From: Fibrobacteria bacterium
Lineage (GTDB): Bacteria; Fibrobacterota; Fibrobacteria; UBA11236
Length of the DNA: 64,000 nucleotides
Direction: 5' to 3'
NCBI GenBank assembly: GCA_041746255.1
Contig: JBGTHM010000115.1
Coordinates: forward strand, 32,001-96,000
Each line of letters starts with the position of its first letter. Position 1 is the stretch's first letter. This document shows positions 56,330 to 64,000 of the stretch, in pieces. The notes under the pieces are model-generated. The model saw only the letters and a list, made by a program, of their open reading frames with translations, searched no databases and was not told where the DNA came from. The translations under genes were made by a program, and so were the position numbers.

Positions 56330-57340
56330 ATGCGAATTAAACACGAACCCGGAAATACGACCGGGATTGAGGCGGCGAATAAGGACGGGCTTGAAGCCAG
56401 TGGGCCGCAAGAAATAGATCGCTTGATGGCCGAATGCATTCAGGCTCTGGAAAGCGGAAAACATCAACTCGCTTTCGAAACCGTCCAGCGAGCGAAATCC
56501 CTGCGGCAATTACGGCAAGGCCTCGATTATCTTCGGGCGCTCTGTTTTATCAAACTCGGCCGTGCGGGCGATGCCCGCGAATCGCTGGAAGAGGAACTGC
56601 GGCATTTTCCCGGTAATCGGGAGGCTTCCACCCTGTTGGCCGATTTGCGCGCACGGTTTCCCAACCATTTCGTCGCTTCCGTGAAAGACGAGGAGTTTGC
56701 GGCTTTGCTTCCCCGCATCCGCAAATACACCATGGTTCCTGAAATCCGCCTTTACTCCCTGTTTGCGCTGGCCCGCCAGGCTTGCCGCCAGGGAATTCCC
56801 GGGAATTTCGTCGAATGCGGCGTCGCGGGCGGGGGTTCTTCGGCCATGCTCGCATGGATAATCAAGAACCATAGCGCAATTCCCCGCCGTCTGTTCGCCT
56901 TCGACTCCTTCGAAGGCATGCCTGCGCCCACCGAACACGATACCCATGCCGGCATGCATGCCGATAGTAGCGGCTGGGGCACGGGAACTTGCGCAGCCCC
57001 GGAAAGCAGCCTGATGGAGATTTCCGGAATTTTACAGGCTTCCGAATTGGTGCGTCCCGTAAAAGGGTTCTTCAAGGATACGTTGCCTCTCCATCGGGAG
57101 GAAATCGGTCCCATCGGATTATTGCATTTGGACGGTGATTGGTATGAATCCACTCGGGACATACTCGACAACTTATACGACCAAGTCGTTCCGGGAGGTT
57201 TTCTGCAAGTCGATGACTACGGACATTGGGAAGGCTGCAAACGCGCCATGCACGAATTCGAATCCCGACGCGGACTCAAATTCGATTTGAAATCCATTGA
57301 CGGCGAAGGGGTCTGGTTTCAGAAACAACCCGTAGGCTAA
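56330..57340 (+). CDS. TPR + TylF/MycF/NovP-family O-methyltransferase
   Basis: GNFVECGV, FDSFEGMP, KGFFKDTL, LHLDGDWYEST, DDYGHWEG. Confidence 0.9.
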   Translation: MRIKHEPGNTTGIEAANKDGLEASGPQEIDRLMAECIQALESGKHQLAFETVQRAKSLRQLRQGLDYLRALCFIKLGRAGDARESLEEELRHFPGNREASTLLADLRARFPNHFVASVKDEEFAALLPRIRKYTMVPEIRLYSLFALARQACRQGIPGNFVECGVAGGGSSAMLAWIIKNHSAIPRRLFAFDSFEGMPAPTEHDTHAGMHADSSGWGTGTCAAPESSLMEISGILQASELVRPVKGFFKDTLPLHREEIGPIGLLHLDGDWYESTRDILDNLYDQVVPGGFLQVDDYGHWEGCKRAMHEFESRRGLKFDLKSIDGEGVWFQKQPVG

Positions 57341-57343
57341 TCG

Positions 57344-59671
57344 CTACGCATCTTTTCCCGCTGCATCAGACCGTCGGGTCATTTCCGCCAACATTTCCCT
57401 GGCCTTCTCATGTTCGGGCCAAGCGGTCAAAAGGTCCCGAAGCGTCTGCGCGGCTTCGCCTTCACGATTTAGGCGATTCAAAACCAAGGCCCGCGCGTAG
57501 GGGTATTCCGGACGCCCCATCCCTCCCGATATTTTATTGTCGATGAGTCGCAGGGCTTCTTCGTTCCGGTCTGCTCCGATGCATTCCAAAATATCCATCA
57601 AAGCCAAACCGCTGTCGTCTTCATCCGCCGGATTCGTCGCCGACTTCTCCGCCGGGATCGAGGGCGGCCCGCTGGGCGAAAATGCGGCTTCGAGGTATAA
57701 ACCCAACCATTGTTCCGATGTCCCGGGTTCACCTTTATTGCGATAAGCCGCCGCCAATTCCTGATAAGGCTCAGGCGCCGAGGGATTGATTCGCATGGAC
57801 TCCAGCGCTTTGGCGATTTGTGCCACCGGGGTATCCACCGGAGTAGCCGCCGTGGGCGGGCTGCTTTTATGGGAATCATCGGGGGCTGCTGGTATAGGAC
57901 CGGTATCTATGCCCAGCAGCCTGAGTGTTCGCAGCACAGCCTCTTCGGGTGGAGCGATGATAGGTGTGAAACCGGAAGTGAGCGGTTCGGCTTCGGCCTT
58001 CAGCCGTCCGTCCTCGCCTTGCGTCACCGAAATTGCCTGGTAACCGCTGCGCCTAAGCAAATACCGCAAGCCCGTAACGGTAAATAATATTCGAATCTCT
58101 GCGTCCCGGACATAATCACGGAGCCCTCCACCGCCGATGCAGGGAGCGTCCACGGCAATACGCGATTCCTTTTCCCGTGAATTCCGAAAACGAACCAAGG
58201 CCTCGTGAGGATGCAGGATTCTTTCCAACCCGTTCAGGCGGGTCGGCTGGCCGTGAACCTCGTTCGAGACCGGTGAGTCCCATTCCGGCGGAGGATGTAA
58301 ATCCTCCGCTCCCCGGAATGCGCTGCCGCAGACGCGGCATATTTCAAATTTTTCCGTTACGGAATTTAAATCCGGCAGGGGTAATTCATGGCACGATGTT
58401 TCCATCGAATCGCAAGCCGGGCAAGCTTGTCCGCTAGAGACGGGGGGCTTTGTCTCCTCCACTCGCCCGAATACCGCCAAACCATCCCCGCTTTTACCCA
58501 AATAGAAGGTGTCGAAAGCTCTCCAGAGGATTTCCCGCAACACCGAAGCGGGCAGGGCGTCGCGCAAACCCAGATAGCGATCCACGTAGGCCTTTTGCTC
58601 GGCCGAGACTTTTTCGAGAGGTTGCAGGAAAGGTTTGACGTCCCAAGGATTACCGAACGGCCTTTGGGCAGCTTTCAGAATGACGCTCTCAAAAGCGGAT
58701 GCGCGCGCCAGGTCTCCCTCCCATTTTAACAGGGCGAGAAAATCCCCGGGCGTCTTCACCTTGCGACCGATCAGTTTCCTTAAGCCCTGGATTTCCACCG
58801 GGAATAACCCCGCCTGCGCGAGGCTTTCCAGGGAGGTGGAGTCGAGCATGTAATATCCGATCAAATCCTTCCAGACGATTTCGCCTTTGGGATAGGACAG
58901 CTCGCCGCCCGAATTGATCATGGAAACTTCCTGTTCCCCCCACAGGAAAAACGGCAGCCCCATTTCCACCGCATAAAAACTGGCTGTTCCGACTTCATTT
59001 GAAGTGACGTATTTATGCCGGGAGAGGATGCGATAGAATCTTTCCGTAAACCCGTCGTCGTACATATGGCCGGCGCAATAAACCGGGAAACCTTCCTCCA
59101 GAAAAATTGAGTGAAGTCCGTGGAGAATATCCTTCCAGTACAGGCATATGCTGACGGGTTGCCAGCGTTCGGGAATGGCTCGCAAGTCGCGGCAGTATTT
59201 TTTCCAGTCGATGCCGCTTACGCGGATGTGATGGGTGCTATGGCTGGGAAAGGCCACCGTGCCTTGGGCGTCTTTTGCCTTTTGGAAACCGTGCAGGCGG
59301 CGGCAGTAGACGAACGGCGCACCCATTACGGCGCAAGGTTTAGCCACGAATTCGCGGGTCACTTGGGCGCTGACCGCATGGTGAAACAAAAGGATGGGCG
59401 CTTGTGAAGCCATGTCCATCTGACTGGCCACCAGCGAGCGCGAGGGACCGTGGTCGATTTGCGCGCATAACGGCAGGGTGTCGGGATAGCCGACGAAACG
59501 TTTCAGCCATTTTCCCAACCCGTATACCTGTTCGGACCAAATGGGGCCGTGGGTGGGATGAGGCCGATCCTTGGCCACCTCCTGTAATTCGGAAAGAGTC
59601 ATACCCATGGCGGTATTTCCCTTCATGCCTGAGCTCGAGGCGGCCTTCCCCTCATCGCGATCAGTCGACAT
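57344..59671 (-). CDS. Hypothetical multidomain protein: possible glycosyltransferase N-terminus, Zn-ribbon (CPAC...CRVC), C-terminal TPRs
   Basis: Start overlaps the pseI stop. 'GTVAFPSHST', 'CLYWKD', 'TSNEVGTASFYAVEMGLPFF' have a GT-B-like pattern. Confidence 0.55.
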   Translation of the reverse strand: MSTDRDEGKAASSSGMKGNTAMGMTLSELQEVAKDRPHPTHGPIWSEQVYGLGKWLKRFVGYPDTLPLCAQIDHGPSRSLVASQMDMASQAPILLFHHAVSAQVTREFVAKPCAVMGAPFVYCRRLHGFQKAKDAQGTVAFPSHSTHHIRVSGIDWKKYCRDLRAIPERWQPVSICLYWKDILHGLHSIFLEEGFPVYCAGHMYDDGFTERFYRILSRHKYVTSNEVGTASFYAVEMGLPFFLWGEQEVSMINSGGELSYPKGEIVWKDLIGYYMLDSTSLESLAQAGLFPVEIQGLRKLIGRKVKTPGDFLALLKWEGDLARASAFESVILKAAQRPFGNPWDVKPFLQPLEKVSAEQKAYVDRYLGLRDALPASVLREILWRAFDTFYLGKSGDGLAVFGRVEETKPPVSSGQACPACDSMETSCHELPLPDLNSVTEKFEICRVCGSAFRGAEDLHPPPEWDSPVSNEVHGQPTRLNGLERILHPHEALVRFRNSREKESRIAVDAPCIGGGGLRDYVRDAEIRILFTVTGLRYLLRRSGYQAISVTQGEDGRLKAEAEPLTSGFTPIIAPPEEAVLRTLRLLGIDTGPIPAAPDDSHKSSPPTAATPVDTPVAQIAKALESMRINPSAPEPYQELAAAYRNKGEPGTSEQWLGLYLEAAFSPSGPPSIPAEKSATNPADEDDSGLALMDILECIGADRNEEALRLIDNKISGGMGRPEYPYARALVLNRLNREGEAAQTLRDLLTAWPEHEKAREMLAEMTRRSDAAGKDA

Positions 59672-60713
59672 TTTCAATCAAGTCCCAGTCCATGGGTGTG
59701 CCTTTGGCTATATCCCTACGAGCGCGACGATTCATCACCTCGTCAAAATGGCGGGTATGCATTCCGTTTCCGGGACGGATGGAACGCACATTCTCGGCGG
59801 TGAGAATCTCCCCGGCCCGGATATCCCTTACGGCGAAAAGCGAGCGGCGGAAAATCCGGCTTTCGGCTTCTTTCGGGCTGGAACCGTATCGGACTTTTCC
59901 CAAAGCCTTTTCCGTCATCCGTATAACATCCATCATTTCCTTGAACTCGGCGGGCTCCATCGAAAAGGAGCTGTCGGGTCCGGGTACGGCGCGCGAAAGC
60001 GTGAAGTGCTTCTCAACGATGCAGGCGCCCAATGCCACCGCCGCGACGGCGACGCCGGATCCCAGAGTATGATCCGACAATCCAACCGGAACCCCGAAGG
60101 CTTCCGCCATATGGGGAATGGTCCGCAAATGCATTTCTTCCGCCGAAGCGGGATAAGCGCTGGTGCATTTCAACAGCGCCAACGATTTGGCTCCAGCGTC
60201 ACGCGCCGCTTTCACAGCCTCCTCGATTTCACCCAACGTGGCCATTCCCGTGGACATCAGCACGGGCTTGCCGGTGGCCGCCACTTTCCGTATCAAAGGG
60301 ATATCCACCAATTCGAAGGAGGCCACTTTATAGGCGGGAACATCCATCGCTTGCAGAAAATCCACGGAAGTGGAGTCGAAGGGCGAGGAAAACAAATCCA
60401 TGCCCAAATCATCGGCCACCTGTTTCAATCGAGGCTGCCACTCCCAGGGCGTGCAAGCTTCGCCATAAAGGTCGTACAGCCGCTTACCCGACCAAATCGT
60501 ACCTTTGATCCGGAAAATTTCGGAGTCGCAGTCCAGAGTGATGGTGTCGGGTGTATAGGTTTGCAACTTCACCGCATCCGCTCCCGCCAGCTTGGCGGCC
60601 TTGATCAATGCCAACGCTTCGTTTAAGTCCTGGTTATGGTTTCCGGAAATCTCGGCGATTACATAAACCGGATGACCGGCACCGATTTTCCTATCCTTGA
60701 TTTTAAATTCCAT
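59661..60713 (-). CDS. pseI: Pseudaminic acid synthase
   Basis: IAEISGNHN, KLQTYTPDT, TPWEW, KVASFE, LKCTSAYP, GLSDHT, EKHFTL, C-terminal SAF domain RRSL..RPG. Confidence 0.92.
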   Translation of the reverse strand: MEFKIKDRKIGAGHPVYVIAEISGNHNQDLNEALALIKAAKLAGADAVKLQTYTPDTITLDCDSEIFRIKGTIWSGKRLYDLYGEACTPWEWQPRLKQVADDLGMDLFSSPFDSTSVDFLQAMDVPAYKVASFELVDIPLIRKVAATGKPVLMSTGMATLGEIEEAVKAARDAGAKSLALLKCTSAYPASAEEMHLRTIPHMAEAFGVPVGLSDHTLGSGVAVAAVALGACIVEKHFTLSRAVPGPDSSFSMEPAEFKEMMDVIRMTEKALGKVRYGSSPKEAESRIFRRSLFAVRDIRAGEILTAENVRSIRPGNGMHTRHFDEVMNRRARRDIAKGTPMDWDLIENVD

Positions 60714-61311
60714 TTTCCCGCCGTTTTTGTTCCTGTGAAAGGTTTCGGCCGATTATTTCGCTTATCGCCGTATCCCACCCATTTTCCTTAAGGAGGGATT
60801 CGTACTTTTTCTTGTCCTTACCGCGGTGGATGGAGCCTCCCGGCTCCTGTTTTTTTCGTCCGGCCTTTCCTGCCATTAATCGGGGCCAAGTCCGCGTGAA
60901 GAGATCCAACATGGCGTCGTCCAACTTCCGGTAGGTGGTGGCCAGGGTTTCGCCGGTCGGGGAAAAGGTTAATTCCTGTTGGGCGATAATGTCCCCGGTA
61001 TCCAATCCCTCATCCATATAATGAATGGTGCATCCCTTCGGAGTATCGTCCAGGAAGCTCCACAAGTTGGGATCGGCGCCGCGATTCCAGGGCAGCAGCG
61101 AGATATGCAAATTAATGATTTTTCCTTCCAGGTGGCGGATCACTTCCGCCGGAAGGATATGGCGATAACGGTAGCTGACCACGAAATCAATGGCAGCGGT
61201 TCTGAGGTATTGCACGTCGAAAGGATTCTCCGTCTCCTCGACTTGGCAGCCGGAGGCCAGCAGTATGGGCGTCACGGGCGAAGGCAGGCTTCCGATGAAT
61301 AAAACCTTCAT
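60703..61311 (-). CDS. Sugar N-formyltransferase (Fmt-like)
   Basis: SYRYRHIL, INLHISLLPWNRGADP, TIHYMDEGLDTGDII. Confidence 0.85.
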   Translation of the reverse strand: MKVLFIGSLPSPVTPILLASGCQVEETENPFDVQYLRTAAIDFVVSYRYRHILPAEVIRHLEGKIINLHISLLPWNRGADPNLWSFLDDTPKGCTIHYMDEGLDTGDIIAQQELTFSPTGETLATTYRKLDDAMLDLFTRTWPRLMAGKAGRKKQEPGGSIHRGKDKKKYESLLKENGWDTAISEIIGRNLSQEQKRRENGI

Positions 61312-62399
61312 GTATTTGCCCCCGTTATGGCATCCACCAGTAAGGCGCATCCCCTACCGTCGATGAGTGCGCGTCCGTTGCGGCTGGATTGCAGACGGGC
61401 AGAGCGATTCAGCGCCAATTCGGCTACCGATGCCAAAATTCTTTCCTGCATTAACCCGGCATGCCATCCCAAATTCCGGGCTATGCCGCGGTGCATCAGG
61501 CTGGCGGCGATTTCCTTCTGGTTGTCCGCCAGCGTCACCGTCAAAAAGGGAAGGCCCATGAACGCCATCTCCCAACAGGTGCTACCGGCGCCCGAAAGGG
61601 CCAGGTCCGCCCACTTCATGGCTTCCGGCATTCCCCCGGCGCCGTCCCAAAACGTGAACCGGGACGGAAAGGAACGGATGGCCGATCGCAAATCATCCCC
61701 ATGGGGATTCGCCGCGCCCAGCACCACCTTCACTTCCGGCTCAACTCCCAATGCGGACTGCAGGTCCTGCAACGCCTCCAGTACCTTGAGGGTTATGTTA
61801 TCGGGATCGGATCCCCCCATGGTGACCAATACCTTTTGCGCCGTCATGGGCAGGCTCCGCTCCCACGACGCTTGCCGGAGAAATTCCCGGCGCAACAAGG
61901 CGTAGCCGCAACCAAGCAGCCGGAGCGGATTACCTTCGCACACGTAGCCGAGTCCGGGCGCATGCAGGTTCGCGTTCAGTAAAATATCGGCGCAGTACTT
62001 ATCCAAGTGCGCCGTATCGTCAATGACCACCGACCTGAAGCCGTGGCCCCGGATGGCGGCTTGATAATGGGAGTCAAAATGGTATCCGTCCAAGACCAGC
62101 CAGGTGTCCGCGCCGCCGCGACTTGCGCGGCTTTCCTCCAGGGCCGCCAAAGTGACTTTCACATCCTCGTTATTGGGATGAGGAGCCTTGATCTCCAGGC
62201 AGGTAAACCCTTCGCCCGCCAGTCTCTCACGAAGTTTTCCGCCCTCCCATGCGCCGATGAATACGACTTCCCTCCCCCGCATTTTCCATTCCTGCGCCAC
62301 GGCCAGGCAACGCATGACATGGCCCGTACCCATGCGCGTAGTGGAGTCGGCACGGATGAACAGGGTGTCGTTTAGGGGACTGATTAGGCTGTCCTGCAT
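61308..62399 (-). CDS. pseG: UDP-2,4-diacetamido-2,4,6-trideoxy-beta-L-altropyranose hydrolase
   Basis: RAD...GTGHVMRCLA, LDGY, TMGGSDP, AGSTCWE, ADNQ, IDGRG. Confidence 0.88.
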   Translation of the reverse strand: MQDSLISPLNDTLFIRADSTTRMGTGHVMRCLAVAQEWKMRGREVVFIGAWEGGKLRERLAGEGFTCLEIKAPHPNNEDVKVTLAALEESRASRGGADTWLVLDGYHFDSHYQAAIRGHGFRSVVIDDTAHLDKYCADILLNANLHAPGLGYVCEGNPLRLLGCGYALLRREFLRQASWERSLPMTAQKVLVTMGGSDPDNITLKVLEALQDLQSALGVEPEVKVVLGAANPHGDDLRSAIRSFPSRFTFWDGAGGMPEAMKWADLALSGAGSTCWEMAFMGLPFLTVTLADNQKEIAASLMHRGIARNLGWHAGLMQERILASVAELALNRSARLQSSRNGRALIDGRGCALLVDAITGANT

Positions 62400-62421
62400 G
62401 GTTCTCAGCGCGTTTTACCGG

Positions 62422-62544
62422 TTACCTATGGATGAGGATGCCTTTAATCAGCACCCGATCACGGGATGAATCGGGTTGGTTGCGCATGATGTAATCATCT
62501 CCGAAGAATCCTTCGCAAAAGATTTCCTGGTCGGTTTTTTTCAT
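62422..62544 (-). pseudogene. Truncated N-terminus of a pseudaminic-acid-associated methylase
   Basis: MKKTDQEIFCEGFFGDDYIMRN resembles the family start (TxQExFWxGxFGxxYxxRN) but stops after 40 aa. Confidence 0.55.
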
Positions 62545-62569
62545 GGCATCCCCCCGGGCGCACCCTGGA

Positions 62570-63298
62570 TTAATATTTCTTCTGCTCGATATGGCCGTTG
62601 AGCAAAGCCCAGTCCGGATTTCTTTCCGCCGCTTCCAGACAGTCTTCCAGAACGAATTCCGGTTTGCGGGGATAAACATCCTCCAGGATTTTCCGGATCA
62701 GCAGTAAATCCTCCGGCGTGTCCACCGTCCAACGATGGTGGCTCAAAACCCGCTCATGCCGGATCGATCCGAGACGAAACCGTGAAGGTTGCGAATGGAT
62801 AAAGGGAGTGACATGTTCCCTTTCATAAGGTGATTTCGCCTCGGCGAAGGCCTGGGATAAGGCGTGAAAAGAGAAGGCTTCGCAATCCAATCCCCGGGGA
62901 TAGGTTCTTTCCAGAATATTGGAGACATAATCCAGTTCCGGATTTTCCGAATGGTGACGGAGTACCCGGTCCACCACTTCGGGATCGATCAACGGGCAAT
63001 CGGATGTGACCCGAACCACCCTTTCCGCCCCATGCTCGGCCGCAGCGCCATGAAAGCGGCTCAAGACATCGTATTCCGAGCCTCGGTAGTATGCGATGTT
63101 TTTTCGCAGGCAGTATTCCACCAGCACATCGTCTTCGGCGTTCACCGTCGTCGCGACCACTACCTGTTGCGCCAAGGTGACCCTTTGCAACCTTTCCAAA
63201 TGGAATTCCAACAAGGGCTTTCCCGCCGCCAGCAGCATGACCTTGCCGGGCAAGCGCGTCGAAGTCATCCTCGCCTGGGTGATGATTACGGTCTTCAT
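62570..63298 (-). CDS. SpsF-type cytidylyltransferase (probable CMP-pseudaminic acid synthetase role)
   Basis: QARMTSTRLPGKV, RGSEYDVL.R, RVTSDCPLIDP, YPRGLD, REHVT, WTVDTPED. Confidence 0.85.
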   Translation of the reverse strand: MKTVIITQARMTSTRLPGKVMLLAAGKPLLEFHLERLQRVTLAQQVVVATTVNAEDDVLVEYCLRKNIAYYRGSEYDVLSRFHGAAAEHGAERVVRVTSDCPLIDPEVVDRVLRHHSENPELDYVSNILERTYPRGLDCEAFSFHALSQAFAEAKSPYEREHVTPFIHSQPSRFRLGSIRHERVLSHHRWTVDTPEDLLLIRKILEDVYPRKPEFVLEDCLEAAERNPDWALLNGHIEQKKY

Positions 63299-63999
63299 GC
63301 CAGGATTGCCCCCAATGCCGCAACCACCTTATCCTGGTCCGCTTCGGTCAAATCGAAAAACAAGGGAAGGCTGATGGCGTCCCGGTAATAGGCTTCGGCC
63401 ACCGGAAAGTCTCCGTCCCCGAATCCGAGTCCGCGATAATAGGGTTGGGTATGCACAGGAATATAATGGACATTGACGCCGATGTCGGCACGACGCAATT
63501 CCTCGAAAACCTGCGCGCGGTTTTTTCCGCCCTGTCCGGGTAGCAGACGAATAACGTATAGGTGGAAAGCCGAGCGGACATCGGCATGCCTTTGTGGAAG
63601 CCGGAGCGGCAAACCGGACAACAGCCTGTCGTAACGATCCGCCAGGTAATTCCTCCTTTCCACGAATTGATCCAATCTTTGCATTTGGCTGCATCCCAGC
63701 GCCGCCTGAATTTCGGTCATGCGGTAATTGAATCCCAGTTCAATCTGCTGATAATACCAGGAACCATGGTTCTCCCCTACCATTTCGGCGGGATTCCGAG
63801 TGATGCCGTGCGAACGCAACCGCACCAGCCGCGCATGCAACTTTTCATTATTCGTCACGATCATGCCGCCCTCGCCGGACGTCACGATTTTAACCGGATG
63901 AAAACTGAATACCGTCATGTCGGAAAATTGGCATGAGCCGACGGGACGCCCCAAATAGCGTCCCCCCAACGCATGGGAAGCGTCCTCGATGATGACGAT
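63295..63999 (-). CDS. pseC: UDP-4-amino-4,6-dideoxy-N-acetyl-beta-L-altrosamine transaminase (5' end outside window)
   Basis: IIEDASHALG, FSFHPVKIVTSGEGG, LRSHGITR, LGFNYRMT, VNVHYIPVH. Confidence 0.9.
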   Translation of the reverse strand: MVIIEDASHALGGRYLGRPVGSCQFSDMTVFSFHPVKIVTSGEGGMIVTNNEKLHARLVRLRSHGITRNPAEMVGENHGSWYYQQIELGFNYRMTEIQAALGCSQMQRLDQFVERRNYLADRYDRLLSGLPLRLPQRHADVRSAFHLYVIRLLPGQGGKNRAQVFEELRRADIGVNVHYIPVHTQPYYRGLGFGDGDFPVAEAYYRDAISLPLFFDLTEADQDKVVAALGAILA

Positions 64000-64000
64000 G

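Noticed and set aside
58325..58430. Cys pairs CPAC and CRVC as heme motifs
   Set aside because: Neither is followed by His and the protein has no export signal; a Zn-ribbon is more likely.
1..64000. CRISPR array, prophage, IS transposase, tRNA or rRNA genes
   Set aside because: No regularly spaced repeats and no cas, integrase, transposase, phage or tRNA/rRNA signatures were recognised by manual reading.

Overview
Gene-dense, GC-rich bacterial chromosomal window. The His6-type hisA and the short 'x-D-[LMV]-x-G-[RK]' C-terminal tails on secreted proteins suggest Fibrobacterota (inference). Housekeeping genes include ilvD, class I aminotransferases, yraN, a TsaC/YciO-family gene, cutA, thpR, mnmG, cmoAB, alr, mtgA, hisA, pyrB, yeaG-yeaH-spoVR, dapL and a probable 6S RNA. 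Five accessory envelope modules stand out. (1) A type IV minor-pilin cassette (25.2-29.7 kb) has two tandem PilX-like pilins carrying a Cys/His 'knob' with a CQICH (CxxCH) motif between Thr/Val-rich strands, plus two copies of an unknown membrane protein each coupled to a PilV-like gene. (2) A candidate trans-envelope signalling operon runs OM barrel/TPR, TPR lipoprotein, Hanks kinase and FHA-GAF sigma54 activator; it lies just downstream of a sigma54 promoter with IHF-like sites and paired palindromes that drives a small secreted helical protein. (3) An intact/degenerate pair of membrane TPR-C39-like peptidases sits upstream of an ABC transporter. (4) A patatin-barrel protein has lost its catalytic motifs. 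(5) A pseudaminic-acid glycan locus contains a formyltransferase and a methylase remnant. No CRISPR, tRNA, rRNA, transposase or integrase was seen. All calls come from reading motifs by eye; no database searches were run.
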